A DNA stretch of 64,000 bases from Eledone cirrhosa. Lineage: Eukaryota. Within the stretch, counting starts at the first letter, position 1. Every line of letters starts with the position of its first letter. Made by a program: the position numbers and the translations under genes. The notes under the pieces are model-generated. The model saw only the letters and a program-made list of their open reading frames with translations, had not been told where the DNA came from and ran no database searches. This document shows, piece after piece, positions 1-18,263 of the stretch. The stretch is from the NCBI GenBank assembly GCA_964016885.1, contig OZ024752.1, positions 31,310,001 through 31,374,000 on the forward strand, given 5' to 3'.

Positions 1-513
1 AGATCTATACCAATAGTTTTGAAAGTTTGACCTTGACTCTTATTGATGCTCATGGCAAAGCATGGTCTCGCTGGGAACTGCAGCCTCTTAAATGTAAAAG
101 GCATCTCGCTATCACTTGGTATAAGTGGAATCCTCGGAATGAGAAGAGCTTGACCTTTGTAAGTCCAGAATATAATGGTTGCTTCAATCTTGTTACAACA
201 CATCTTGTTCCATTCATTGGTCAAAATTTTCACTATAGGGGGCTTAACCCCCATTAGGGTGTCTTAATATTATTAAAATTTGCTGAAATTTTGTGAATAG
301 GCATCATATTTTGTCATTTACTTATGGTTTAAATTTCATATAAATCGAAGGGAAATCATTTTCAGCGGGGGAACCCTTTGATTAAAATGCAATATACCTA
401 TCCAAGTACCCTGGACAATATAGTTTCAGAATATATATGGTTATGGGGTCTATCTCCAAAACCATAGGAGTTCGTGAACAAACAGTCAGGAACTACAACT
501 TTATATATATAGA
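1..513 (-). mobile_element. Probable non-autonomous Helitron, 5' part (runs off the window start)
   Basis: Minus strand starts A|TCTATATATATAAAAGTTGTAGTTCCTGACTGTTTGTTCACG, the same 5' style as the complete Helitron-like elements at 16646 and 37021. The 3' end is not visible. Confidence 0.4.
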
Positions 514-724
514 TATATATGTATAAAAGGCGTGTAAGTTTTATATATGTATATGTGTGTATGTATTATGTTTATATAATGTGTGTATGTATTATGTTTA
601 TATAATGTGTGTATGTATTATGTTTATGTAATGTGTGTATGTATTATGTTTCTATATATAATGTGCGTATGTATTATATTTATGTAATATATATATAATG
701 TATGTATTATATTTATATATATAA

Positions 725-913
725 GGGCGGTGGATTGGCAGTATCTGTAGAGGTTCGGATGCCATGCTTTGCAGCCAAGAGTTACGGCCCTTTATGATCT
801 GAGTTCAAATCCCGCCGAGGTTAACTTTGCCTTTCATCCTTACGGGATCGATAAAATAAAGTACCAGTAATGCACTGGGTAATTGCTGGCCTTGTGCCAA
901 AAGTAGAAACAAT

Positions 914-915
<2 letters not shown>
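725..915 (+). mobile_element. tRNA-derived SINE (MetaSINE-like family)
   Basis: A-box-like TGGCAGTATC and B-box GAGTTCAAATCC, then central GCCTTTCATCCTTACGGGATCGATAAAATAAAGTACCAG resembling the Meta domain. More than 15 copies in the window. Confidence 0.85.
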
Positions 916-945
<30 letters not shown>

Positions 946-1275
946 TTTATAAATATATATATAATGATTCCAACCGTGACCATCCCCACTGAAAGTTTCG
1001 TGAAATAGTCTTTTAAGACTATACAGAGCATTTGTAGTTTTTCCAAATTGAAGTATGAGTATTTTAAACTTTATTTTATCATGAGTTAAGGCTCTGTTGA
1101 TTTTTCCCTGGATTTCACCAAATTCTGTGGATGAATCTATATCCTGATTCTTTTTGAATTGAGTTTGAATTATTTTCCCACATCTTACGTTAACTATTTT
1201 TCCATTTGACGCTATAGTCACTTATATACTATGGAATACTGTTGGCTTCTTGCTACAATACTTTCTATACTTTTC

Positions 1276-1316
<41 letters not shown>

Positions 1317-1317
<1 letters not shown>

Positions 1318-1508
1318 CGAAGGAAATGTGGTAAGGAACCAGGTGGACGTACTCAATACTTAGGGTAGCAGAGTGGGTAATAGGAACGAGTAGGACCCCG
1401 ACGGCTGAGCTCAAGCCATTTCGACGGCTAATTGTGGACTAAAAAAAAAAAAAAAAATTAGCCGTCGAAACGGCTTGAGCTCAGCCGTCGGGGTCCTACT
1501 CGTTCCTA
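1317..1508. mobile_element. Short fold-back insertion of PLE pLTR family C (3' half of HHR only) in (TA)n
   Basis: 1380-1432 is inverted against 1456-1508. Same sequence as the ends of the 9471-11678 element. Flanked by (TA)n. Confidence 0.75.
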
Positions 1509-1711
1509 TATATATATATATATATATATAATGTATATATGTATTGTTGATATATATAATATATATAATATATATATATAATATATATTGTGTGTATGTA
1601 TTGTTGATATATATAATATGTATATATATATACTCGTATATATTATGTGAATATATTTATATATATATATTTATATATATATATATATATATACGTCACA
1701 TGAGAATAAAC

Positions 1712-1900
1712 ATAATTGTTTCTACTTTTGGCACAAGGCCATCAATAACCCAATACATTACTGGTACTTTATTTTATTGACCCCGTAAAGATGAAAGGCA
1801 AAGTTAACCTCGGCGGGATTTGAATTCAGACTGTAAAGGGACGTAACTATGCTAGAAAGCATGGCGTCCACCCCTCTACCGATACTGCCAATTCACCGCA
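1712..1900 (-). mobile_element. MetaSINE-like SINE copy
   Basis: Reverse complement of the 725-915 family. Confidence 0.85.
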
Positions 1901-2734
1901 ATGATGCTATGTTGATACTGTATGTATGTATGTATGTATGTATGTATAATTATTTTTAATTGACTAAAGCTTGGCAGACTGTGTATAATTTTTTGTACGC
2001 TTCTGATGCCTGACTAATTCTCTATATTTTCCTTATTAATCTATTTATCTATTTATTTACATTTTTTTGTGTGTTTATTGTTAAACAATTCGTATTTCAC
2101 GAAAGTGGTGTATTACATTCTGACAGTTACCGTGTTCTGAAGAGCGGAAATTGAACGAAATAACTCTCAGTCCTACTGAAATCTAAAACTGATCAGGATG
2201 CCCCCTACAGGGTATTTAAGTAAATGATATTCATTTATCATACTTGGTTGTACAACTCGGTCATATACCTGAATAGTTTTACAGCTTTTATTAGCAACAA
2301 CTATATATGTTTACATAAGGAAGAGTCGTTAAAATGTCGGATAGAAAGCTTTGCGGTATTCGTTTCGGCTCTCTGTTTTCTCTGAGTTCGAATCCCGCTG
2401 AAGCCAACTTTGCCTTTCATTCATTCAAGGTCGATTACTAGGATTCATTCTTCTTCTGTATTTCTGCCTCACCTCCTCTCTATCACTTTCTAACTTTCTC
2501 TGGAAGAAATATTCTAGAAAGGAGATGGGCTCCTCCAGGTTTTAAAAGGTGTCCTAGAAAACCCTATATGTCAATACAACACCCCTACGATTCCCTCAAG
2601 AGTTATTAGACCATACGTACGTATGTTTGCAGTTATTTGAAGCCGTGGATGCAAGGTTTCATTAGATCACGCACGCGCACAAACTGTTTGATGCCGGTCT
2701 ATCATAATAAATTTGTGATTATTATTTTACTCCT

Positions 2735-3415
2735 CGGTCGATTGGCAGTATCGGTAGAACATCGGACGCCATGCTTTACAGCTTAGAATTACGGCCCTTT
2801 ATGATCTGAGTTCAAATCCCGCCGAGGGTAACTTTGCCTTTCATCCTTACGGGGTCGATAAAATAAAATACCAGTAACGTACTGGGGTTGATTTAATTGC
2901 CCCCCCCCCCAAAAAAAAAATAATTACTGGCCGTGTGCCTAAAGTAGAAATCCTTATTTCTAACTATGAGGGAGGTGGATTGACAGAATCGATAGAGCGT
3001 CGGACCCCTTACTTCGAGGTATAGTTACGTCTTTTTACGTTCTGAGTTCAAATCCCGCCAAGGTTAACTTTGCCTTTCAGCCTTTTATGGGGTCGATAAA
3101 ATAAAGTACCAGTAACACACTGGGGTCGATTTAATTGACTTTCCCCCTCTCCCCACATTGCTGGCCTTGTGCTTGCTTAAAGTAGAAATCATTATTTCTA
3201 GCTCTCGATTGGCAGTAATCGGTGGAGCATCGGACATGTTTTGCAGTTTAAAGTTACGGTTTTACGATTCGAGTTCGAATCTCGCCGAGGTTAACTTTGC
3301 CTTTTATCCTTGCAATAGTCAATAAAATAAGGTATCAGTAACGCACAGGGTCGATTGAATCTATTTTCCCCTCCCCAAAAATTGCTGGCCTTGTGCCTTT
3401 ATAAGAAACCATTAT
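2735..3415 (+). mobile_element. Three head-to-tail MetaSINE-like copies (~2735-2955, ~2970-3195, ~3207-3415)
   Basis: Each has GAGTTCRAAT followed by GGTTAACTTTGCCTTT...AGTACCAGTAAC...GGCCTTGTGC-like sequence. A diverged partial copy lies at ~2320-2435. Confidence 0.85.
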
Positions 3416-4220
3416 TATTAATTAAGATTAACGTTATTTAAAGGTGTTAAACCATGTTTAATTATCTCTGTGATACATGGTGTAGTTTTTATTAACATTT
3501 CTATTCAATTGCTGCATTATATATTGTTTCTTTCACTTCAGTTTGTAATTTGTCAGCATGGTACATTTTATCTGAATAATTATATAACCATTTGTTTTCA
3601 TTTTAATACAATTAGGCTCTCTCAGTTTAAGATGATTTTTTTTTTTTGTCTGTTTTTGCTTTTTAAATAGACGAAGTATCAGTTAAAAGTTTGAGTAAAA
3701 TTCCTGAAGTAGATGAAATAAGAGCAGAAGAAACTCTGTAAAATATTTTATAGAGAATGAAGTTAATAATGTATCCTCATATAATATTGCTAACTCCTAA
3801 TGACATAAAGATATCCTCCTACTAATTCGTTGATATTAATCCTAAGTAGTCTTATGCTTTGAATTCAATTGGTAAAATCATTATGAAATATTTCTTCGCT
3901 ATCCCTTGGTGGGCGACAAAATTATCTAGAATTATCGATGATTTCGGAATATCTTCAATAATTCTACGGAGTTGACATTTCCAAGACTCCCTGTGAGTTG
4001 ATTCAAATCTCCAACATTCAAGCAGCCCTTAATAGAGAATATTATGTCATCAATTTTCCCAAAGGTTTCACTCTGTGGGGAAACGGTTATACACATCTAC
4101 TTCTAGATAATTATGATTAAAATGTTCAGATATATCGGCATTCCTGAAGGCAATTAAGGATTATTTAGGATTTGGTTTACGTGAAACTTATATAATAAAT
4201 TTCAGTTCATTCAGAAACGA

Positions 4221-9170
<4,950 letters not shown>

Positions 9171-9423
9171 AGAAAGATTTGAATGGATACAGTTTAGATG
9201 AAAGGAATTTATTGACACGTGTTTCTATAACAGTTACAACACAACGGAAAATACTGTATATATATATTTATATATATATATATTTATATGTATATATATA
9301 TATGTATATATATATATATGTATATATGTATATGTATATATATATATATGTATATGTATATATATATATATGTATATGTATATATATGTATATGTATATA
9401 TATATATATGTATATGTATATAT

Positions 9424-9470
<47 letters not shown>

Positions 9471-9471
<1 letters not shown>

Positions 9472-11673
9472 CGAAGGAAATGTGGTAAGGAACCAGGTGG
9501 ACCATAACGCACCAAAGTACTCAATACTTGAGGTAGTAGAGTGGGTAATAGGAACCAGTAAGACCCTGACAGCTGAGCTCAAGCCGTTTCGACGGCTAAT
9601 TCTGGACTAAATGAAAATTTATCCTGGTATTTAAATAGCCGATCTTCTCAAGGGGTAATTCCATATATGGTCAAAGTGATTGTCAAAAATCAGTAGTAAT
9701 TCTGTGGTTGCAAATTAGTAGGGGAGATGGTGGCTAAACCTGCCAGTAGGAGAAAGAGGGGAGGGGGTGGAGTAGACCCAATCAAGCGTTGGTAGTGCCA
9801 GCTACAGCTGGGCATGAGGTCAAAGAAGATACAGGGGAGGGGGAGGGGGAGGAAGTCGGAACGGTAGGTAGAACAATGGGGGGTAGAAATAGGAAAGAAA
9901 AAGTACTGAGAGTGAAGAAAAGCAAATAAGTGTAAAGAAAAAAGTAAAGTAAATTAAATTCTACGACCTAGGTGTCAGGCTATTGTTAGGCGAGAATAAA
10001 ATAAAGAAAGAAAGAAAGAAGTAAAGAAATAAATAAATAAAGAAATAACGAAATAAGTAAAAGAACTAGGTGGGACGAAATAGGCAAGGACCCTTTTAAG
10101 AGGTATAAGTACGTAAATGATACGGTGACGGGTCAACAAAAGGGGCCAAAATACTAAAGAGACTACCACGAAATAAACAATAAAGGTTTCCATCCCGGGC
10201 CAGCAACGACCCAGTGCAGCAAAGTGAACTTGTACGAGATAATAATTCTGAGTCCCGAGAAAAATATATACTAATGCTAACTCTAAAAGATCTAAAACAA
10301 GCTACATGGAAGTTCGTACGAAATAAAGGTAGAATACGGAGAAATAAATTCAGAATCCACCCCGCCCAGAAGAAAAGCGAAGCAAGAAATACTGAAACGA
10401 AAAAATAAGGCATAAGTGCCACTAAGAAATATAGAGGGCACAGAGAATAGTGGGAGCGGTCGGAAAGAGGGGGCAAGTATCCGGGGTCTAAGCCCGTTGT
10501 GGTAGCGGTGTTGTAATGGGAAGTGTTTTTCAATGAGCCTAAAGAATAGTTTCCCGATGGGAGTTGTCACCTCTGCGTTGTGGGGAGGATTGAACCATGT
10601 TACATTGCGTGAGTGGCGGTGTCTCCTGCTGGTTCCGCTAATGGGAGCTGGACAGTAGGATATTTCCTACCCCCACCACCCCCTCCCCTAGTCTGTGATA
10701 GACTTGGCGGACTCCGCCCTTTATAGCAGTTGGCTTAGACCCCGGATACTTGCCCCCTTTTTCCGACCGCTCCCACTATTCTCTGTGCCCTCTATATTTC
10801 TTAGTGGCACTTATGCCTTATTTTTTCGTTTCAGTATTTCTTGCTTCGCTTTTCTTCTGGGCGGGGTGGATTCTGAATTTATTTTTCCGTATTCTACCTT
10901 TATTTCGTACGAACTTTCATGTAGCTTGTTTTAGATCTTTTAGAGTTAGCATTAGTATATATTTTTCTCGGGACTCAGAATTATTATCTCGTACAAGTTC
11001 ACTTTGCTGCACTGGGTCGTTGCTGGCCCGGGATGGAAACCTTTATTGTTTATTTCGTGGTAGTCTCTTTAGTATTTTGGCCCCTTTTGTTGACCCGTCA
11101 CCGTATCATTTACGTACTTATACCTCTTAAAAGGGGCCTTGCCTATTCCGTCCCACTTAGTTCTTTTACTTATTTCCTTATTTATTTATTTATTTATTTA
11201 TTTACTTCTTTCTTTCTTTCTTTATTTTATTCTAGCCTAACAATAGCCTGAGACCTAGGTCGTAGAATTTAATTTACTTTACTTTTTTCTTTACACTTAT
11301 TTGCTTTTCTTCACTCTCAGTACTTTTTCTTTCCTATTTCTACCCCCCATTGTTCTACCTACCGTTCCGACTTCCTCCCCCTCCCCCTCCCCTGTATCTT
11401 CTTTGACCTCATGCCCAGCTGTAGCTGGCACTACCAACGCTTGATTGGGTCTACTCCACCCCCTCCCCTCTTTCTCCTACTGGCAGGTTTAGCCACCATC
11501 TCCCCTACTAATTTGCAACCACAGAATTACTACTGATTTTTGACAATCACTTTGACCATATATGGAATTACCCCTTGAGAAGATCGGCTATTTAAATACC
11601 AGGATAAATTTTCATTTAGTCCAGAATTAGCCGTCGAAACGGCTTGAGCTCAGCTGTCGGGGTCTTACTGGTT

Positions 11674-11678
<5 letters not shown>
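9471..11678. mobile_element. Non-coding inverted-repeat (fold-back) PLE pLTR element, family C. Arms ~9548-10494 and ~10732-11678, spacer ~240 bp, flanked by (TA)n
   Basis: The arms are near-identical reverse complements (mirrored ORFs 10096-10533- and 10750-11130+). Each arm contains an HHR. The left arm has an extra ~77 nt tail (9471-9547). Confidence 0.85.
11570..11663 (+). ncRNA. Type I hammerhead ribozyme, U3-A8 core variant (mirror copy on minus strand at ~9563-9657)
   Basis: ACCCC-TTGAGAA-GATCGGCTA...TAGCCGTC-GAAA-CGGCTTGAGCTCAGCTG-TC-GGGGT. Stem I ACCCC/GGGGT, stem II with one bulge, near-palindromic stem III, GUC triplet. Confidence 0.75.
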
Positions 11679-11751
<73 letters not shown>

Positions 11752-11920
11752 TAGGTAAATATACACGGGTGTGTATGATTGTGTATAGAAGATTATATTA
11801 ATAATAAGAGGAATTCCAACTTTGTCTGATTTACTCGTTTTATTTACAATCCTTTAAAATATATATAAAATGGTATTATAATGAAATAGTATGATAGAAT
11901 ATTAAATTCTAAGTGTTAAT

Positions 11921-11959
11921 TGAACAAGTACTTTCATGCTTTCGCAATCTTCAGGTTCA
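11921..11959 (-). ncRNA. Minimal type I hammerhead ribozyme in the PLE 3' pLTR
   Basis: Minus strand TGAAC-CTGAAGA-TTGCGAAAGCAT-GAAA-GTAC-TT-GTTCA. Perfect 5-bp stem I, GAAA-capped stem II, palindromic stem III (AAGTACTT). Confidence 0.88.
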
Positions 11960-12334
11960 TGATATGTGGTGACAGTCGAGTTTGCAATTTTCAACTGAAA
12001 TGAGATGGGTAAATTTCCTACCTTTTATACATTTTATACAGAGAAAAGTGGCTCCAGAATGCAAAGCCCTGTAAACTGTATTTCGACCAATCAGTGTGTA
12101 GTTTCACTGAATTACTACAGCTGATTGGTTTAAGCGTCACGGCTGGTTGAGCATGCTAACGACCAATAGTCATATCCAACGTATCAATTGTTTTGCTTTT
12201 TTGAAATGATGAAAATAGCATTTTCTATTAATCATCACCATCAACATCACTTTTATTATTATTATTATTGTTGTTGTTGTTGTTGTTAGTGGTCGTGGTC
12301 ATAGTGGTAGTAGAAGTAATACCCCTAGGCGTTA

Positions 12335-14521
12335 TTATTGTTCATTTAGCTTGGGTTTGAATTTATCAATAAAATTCTTTTCTTTGATTTTTCTCTTGAT
12401 TTCACTTGGGCTGTGTAATTTGTAGAATGGGAATATTATAAATATTCCCTGACCACATGTTGCCAGGTGGCCGCTTAGGGGTATCTGACGGACATTTGGG
12501 TCTCTGATTTGTTGACGGTGTACCCGTGCACGTTCCGATAGTGCATTTCCAGTTTGACCGACATATAGTTCTTCACAATTCGGGCATTTAATGCAGTAAA
12601 TTAGATTTCTGCTTTTGCAGTTCATATTTGCATTTGTGAATATTTTTCCAGTTTTTGTTTTCATATATTGACCGGCGTGTATGGATTGACATGTGCCGCA
12701 TCGATTATCATTGCATTTAGATACAGTGAATGATTGGTCTTTGTTGTTAAGGTCAAACTTTGCTTTTGTTAGCAATTGCTTCAAATTTTTTGGCTGTCTT
12801 TTACTAAGAGTCAAAGATCGATCTGTGATTAAGCCTTTTAATTCATTACTTTGAGCAATGATCGGTAGGTTTGCTTTGGCAGTGTTGAAGATATTCTGGT
12901 GACATGGGTTGTGTGTCATTATAAATGGTATGACCAGTTCTTGGTTTCTTCTTCTTTGGGTTGTTCTAAGTTGTTGTATAGGTATTTTTATAGCCCGCTG
13001 TATGCCATTTTCTATAAGTAGAGATGGGTATTTTTGTTTGAGCAAAAATTCTCTTAGTTCTGTTAGGCGTTTGTACCTGGTATTCGTATCTTCTACAATG
13101 GTACAAATTCTTCTGGCTAGGCAGTATGGGATGTTGCGTTTTGTATGAGGTGGATGGCACGACTTAAAATTCAGATATTGATGGGTGTCTGTGTGTTTAT
13201 AATATATATCCGTGGTAATGGTGGTGTCGTTTTTGATTATCATTATATCTAGGAATGGTAATTTGGTCCTACTCATCTCTTTTGTGAATTGGAGAGATGG
13301 GTGTAGGTTATTCAGGAGGATATTGAACTCATCCAGAGTATCTAGAGATTCTGTCCAGATGATGAAACAGTCGTCAAGGTATCTCTTCCAAGATTTTTCA
13401 ATGTACTTTCTAAAGTCAGTACTATATTTTTCCTCTATTTCTTGGTAGAGTTGTTGTTCTAAGTATCCCATTACAGAGTTCGCGTAAACGGGAGCAAACT
13501 TCGTTCCCATCGCTGTGCCTCTAATTTGGATGTAATTCTTTCCATTGAAGAAGAAAGTGTTGTTTTCCAGAATAAGTTTAACTGCGTCTAATATAAATGG
13601 CGCTGTGAATCTAATGGGAATCACTTCTCTATGTTTTTCCACCCAGTATTTAACCGCCTTTATTCCTAAATCATGTGTAATGTTGGTGTAAAGGCTTACC
13701 ACATCAAAACTGAGTAGAAGTGAATTCGTTTCCGTGGTTTTGGGAAGATGGGACAGGAAGTCGATATCATCCCGGATGAAACTGGGTATGTGAATACATA
13801 GTGGTTTCAAAATAATGTCAACAAAATTGCTTAGACGGTGAGTGGGGCATGTTGGACCAGCTATAATAGGTCTAAGTTTTAAGTCTTTTGGGTGTAATAA
13901 TTTAATGTACTCACTGTTTTGTTCTCTTACTGCCAGTTGTATTTCTTTTGACTTGTGAACTTTCGGTAGGCCATACAGGTTGCTGGGTTTCGGCTCAAAA
14001 TTGGTGATGTAGTCTCTTTCCTTATCAGTAAATGAGTTGTGGTATTTTGAAGCCAGGTTGTTGATCTTCTTCATGATGTTGTGGTCTATATTTGACGGTA
14101 TTTCATGATAGAATGTTGTGTCTTTCAGTTGTTCCTCAACCAAATCCTTGTAGTATTCAGTATCCATTATAACAACTGCACCCCCTTTATCTGCTTGTTT
14201 AATTATTATTGTTTTGTCATTTTGTATACGTTTAAGTGCAGACATTTCTGATTTGTTAATGTTTGGCCTAACATTAGTATTATGTCTAAGAGGAAATTTA
14301 GACAGGATGTCAATGTATTGGTCGAGATAGATATTTCTTCCTTTTGGCGGAGTGAAATTTGATTTATTCTTTACTAGTGATTCATCACTCTCATTATTTT
14401 TATCAGCGAAGAATTCTACAAGACGTAATTTTCGACAGAATTCTTGGGTATCCTCCTTCAGTTCTTGGTGGTTGACTGTTGGAGTCGGTGTGAATTTCAG
14501 TCCTTTTGACAGAATTTGCAT
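12335..14521 (-). CDS. PLE reverse transcriptase + C-terminal GIY-YIG endonuclease (the open frame extends upstream without Met to ~14662)
   Basis: Motifs KGLKFTPTP, ADKGGAVV, YGLPKVHK, FDVVSLYT, GTAMGTKFAP, catalytic YLDD, LPFLD, Cys linker CNDNRCGTC (Neptune-like), LIYCIKCPNC..YVGQT. Uninterrupted 728 aa. In-frame upstream IINLSKRDL matches the usual PLE N-terminal motif. Confidence 0.95.
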   Translation of the reverse strand: MQILSKGLKFTPTPTVNHQELKEDTQEFCRKLRLVEFFADKNNESDESLVKNKSNFTPPKGRNIYLDQYIDILSKFPLRHNTNVRPNINKSEMSALKRIQNDKTIIIKQADKGGAVVIMDTEYYKDLVEEQLKDTTFYHEIPSNIDHNIMKKINNLASKYHNSFTDKERDYITNFEPKPSNLYGLPKVHKSKEIQLAVREQNSEYIKLLHPKDLKLRPIIAGPTCPTHRLSNFVDIILKPLCIHIPSFIRDDIDFLSHLPKTTETNSLLLSFDVVSLYTNITHDLGIKAVKYWVEKHREVIPIRFTAPFILDAVKLILENNTFFFNGKNYIQIRGTAMGTKFAPVYANSVMGYLEQQLYQEIEEKYSTDFRKYIEKSWKRYLDDCFIIWTESLDTLDEFNILLNNLHPSLQFTKEMSRTKLPFLDIMIIKNDTTITTDIYYKHTDTHQYLNFKSCHPPHTKRNIPYCLARRICTIVEDTNTRYKRLTELREFLLKQKYPSLLIENGIQRAIKIPIQQLRTTQRRRNQELVIPFIMTHNPCHQNIFNTAKANLPIIAQSNELKGLITDRSLTLSKRQPKNLKQLLTKAKFDLNNKDQSFTVSKCNDNRCGTCQSIHAGQYMKTKTGKIFTNANMNCKSRNLIYCIKCPNCEELYVGQTGNALSERARVHRQQIRDPNVRQIPLSGHLATCGQGIFIIFPFYKLHSPSEIKRKIKEKNFIDKFKPKLNEQ

Positions 14522-14568
14522 TTCATCATTGTCAAGATCTCTTTTAGATAAATTAATTATTTTAGGAT

Positions 14569-15488
<920 letters not shown>

Positions 15489-15765
15489 CATATATATATA
15501 AGTATACATATATATATATATATATACATACATATATATATATATATAATTAGGTTAAAGTGTACATCTACATATGTATACGGAAGTATTAGTATGCATA
15601 TAAATACACACATGTATACATATGTACATGTACTCAGCTTTTCACTAGACACTTTACAGTGAGTGTCAGCTAGTCTGTATGTAACCACACAGACGGACCG
15701 GGTTTTAGAGTCATGCGGGTTTTCAAGGAAACACATTTCCTCTATTCTCCAGAGGGCCAGACAGG

Positions 15766-15810
15766 AATATTGGACTAGTTTCGATGTTATTACATCTCAT
15801 CAGCAATATT
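15766..15810 (-). ncRNA. Type I hammerhead ribozyme (canonical core, GUC)
   Basis: AATATTG-CTGATGA-GATGT AATA ACATC-GAAA-CTAG-TC-CAATATT. Perfect 7-bp stem I, 5-bp stem II, palindromic ACTAGT stem III. Confidence 0.92.
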
Positions 15811-16013
15811 TACCCATCTTCCGGCTTCTCTGGAGAATTGTAAAAGCACATATCGTTATATGCTTTTTCTATGAAAATTAGTAGTGGGTAGACTAATTTG
15901 CATAGAACGTGAGTCATTGTACGCACCGGTTCAGCGGAAACGATAAAAACAAATAACGAAACGAAATTAAATTTCGTTTCGCTTCTAACTCACTTTTGGT
16001 CTGGATAACCAAA

Positions 16014-16082
16014 GATGTTGGTGTAATGGTAGCACAGTGGTCTGGATAACCAAAGATGTGGGTTCGACTTCCATGTACGTCA
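16014..16082 (+). pseudogene. tRNA-like sequence (degenerate, Gln-like D arm)
   Basis: TGGTGTAATGGTAGCAC (A box), TGGT-ctggata-ACCA arm, GTGGGTTCGACTTCCAT (B box/T arm). The acceptor stem is poor. 22 nt of it are duplicated just upstream. Confidence 0.5.
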
Positions 16083-16385
16083 ATACTCATATTTTTCCAG
16101 TTATCTGAGGGTTCTAAACCCCATTATTAGGCTAAAATTTCTTTAGTCAAAAATACGGTGAAAGCTATATATATATATTTATATATATCTATATATATCA
16201 GATTTTTACCTTTATCTCTACCAAAACACAGTCACCGTGACTACTGTTAACTAAATGTGTGCATTCTGAACAGCTGGTTAGAGTTACATTACTGCAATTC
16301 GGCAGATTCATTGAGTGAGCTAGACTTTGGCCGGAGGACGTTGACTTAATACCAACAATCTTCGTTACTTTTACATTATATTAGT

Positions 16386-16503
16386 GAAGGCGCGTGGCTG
16401 AGTGTTAAGAGACTTGGATTCGCAATCGTGAGGTTGTGAGTTCGATTCCTGGACAGGGCTATGCGTTATATCCTTAAGCAAGACACTTCATTTCACGTTG
16501 CTC
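16386..16503 (+). mobile_element. tRNA-derived CORE-like SINE, truncated
   Basis: GGCGCGTGGCTGAGTGTTAAG...GAGTTCGATTCC, then TCCTTAAGCAAGACACTT (CORE-like). Second copy at 61221. Confidence 0.7.
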
Positions 16504-16596
16504 CTTCTACCTGGAATTGCAACCGATAGCTAGTATTAGCAATTGGAAAGACCAACGTAAGCATTGTTTCCGATTTGACGAAAGTCAATCGACTGA

Positions 16597-16637
<41 letters not shown>

Positions 16638-16645
16638 CAAATATA

Positions 16646-17591
16646 TCTGTATATATATAAAATTAAGTATGTGTGTGTGTCTGTGTCTGTGTATTACCTA
16701 TAGGGGCCTACATTTTACGACCGTATATTTTTATTCCGGGGTCATTCTGCAGATGAAAATCGATAGGGGGATCACCTTTTTTTAGGTATCGAAAAATAAG
16801 ATCTTTGGCTCTAGCTCCCACATTTTGCCCCCGATTTCGTTCAAATTATAAAGCAAAATAGAATTTATCATTGCACATCCTGTAAGGGTTTTATATTTTG
16901 CACTTGTTGTTCAAGGACGGCGTGGCAGCTGCTTAAATATTCAAAAATACCACTTTTAGACTCAATTTTCCACTTTTTCGGCTCTAGCTCCCACATTAAT
17001 CAACCTACTTTGTTCAAATTTTACACTACGCTAGATCTGATTATTTCACGTCTTAACGTCGCTTTACATTTTGGATTTTTTGTTCGGGAACGGCGTGGCG
17101 CCCACTTAAATATTCGAAAATACCACCTTATCGCTCAAATTTCCGCCTTTTCGGTTCTAGCTCCCACATTTTTCAACCGATTTCGTTCAAATTCGAATCT
17201 TCAGCTCCACCTCACACATAAATCAATTTATTTGGTTCAACTTTTATACTACGATAGAACCTATCATTCCACAGCTTATAGATGGTTAAAAGCAAAACGA
17301 TGGCCACTGACGTCGTGTGAGCTTTTAGTTGTGTATTTGAGAATTCATCGGTTTCCAATCAAGTAGCGTGAGAAAATTTGGCTTAGTGTTAGAGGTCATT
17401 ACCACCTTCCCCCAGCATGCCCCTTCGTCAGTCACCCGCGTTTCTCAGTGATAGAGGTATCACCACACTCCCCCGCATGGCCTGTGTGTGGCCATAGATG
17501 AGTCATCGATAAGCAGTCGCTTAGATCAACACCTTTTCATCAAGGCAGATATTATTTTACCTACCCCGGCAACGCTGGGTACTGCTACTAG
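16646..17591 (+). mobile_element. Non-autonomous Helitron
   Basis: 5' A|TC, subterminal hairpin CCCCGGCAACGCTGGG (17564-17579), 3' CTAG|T. Three internal ~175-bp subrepeats (GG(C/T)TCTAGCTCCCACATT). Confidence 0.8.
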
Positions 17592-18263
17592 TATATATAT
17601 ATAAATATATATATATACATATAAATATATATATATATACATATAAATATATATATATATATATATTACATAGACATAGACACATGCACGCACGTGGTGT
17701 ATGCTGATCCTGAAAATATAGAACAGATTAGTTTCTGACTTAATCAGTTGATCTTTACAAATCAGTGTGCCTGGAGTTATTAGATATTTTGATGATTTAA
17801 GGAGATGAGGTTTTACAATTTTCAAGTTGAGAACCAAAGTTTTTTTCAGTAAGAGAATTTTTGTCAAGAAAATATATCCGAATTTTATAGATTGTTGGCG
17901 TCAGCAGAGGCCAGTGTGCAAACTGTCACAGTGAAATTTTGTTTCAGTCTGAGATAAAATCGTTATCAAACAAGGATTAAAAAAGTATTCTTGAATAGGA
18001 ATTGCCGAAAATATAACAAATATGCATTTTTTAAGCTTGATATTATTAGAACAAATAACGTGTGAATGTTCTTTTAGTGAAAAATACTCGAGAGGCAATT
18101 TTTGTGAGTGAGATGATACGACGCAGGCAAACATGTCACATAATTCTGTTAACATCTGATGATGCCACACCACTGCCAGTTGTTGTAATGATCGCACAAA
18201 AGCCCTACATTGGTGTCACTGAAATACCTATCGACGAAAGCTATGAGAGGGAGGTTTGAAAGG

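Noticed and set aside
2130-2190. CTGAAGA...GAAA motif
   Set aside because: Stems I-III pair poorly. At best it is a decayed HHR.
9975-11251. Mirrored hydrophobic ORFs in the inverted repeat
   Set aside because: They are by-products of T-rich or A-rich pLTR sequence, with no recognisable domain.
16014-16082. Functional tRNA gene
   Set aside because: The acceptor stem is poor, the anticodon loop does not fit the body, and it is partly duplicated. Kept only as tRNA-like.
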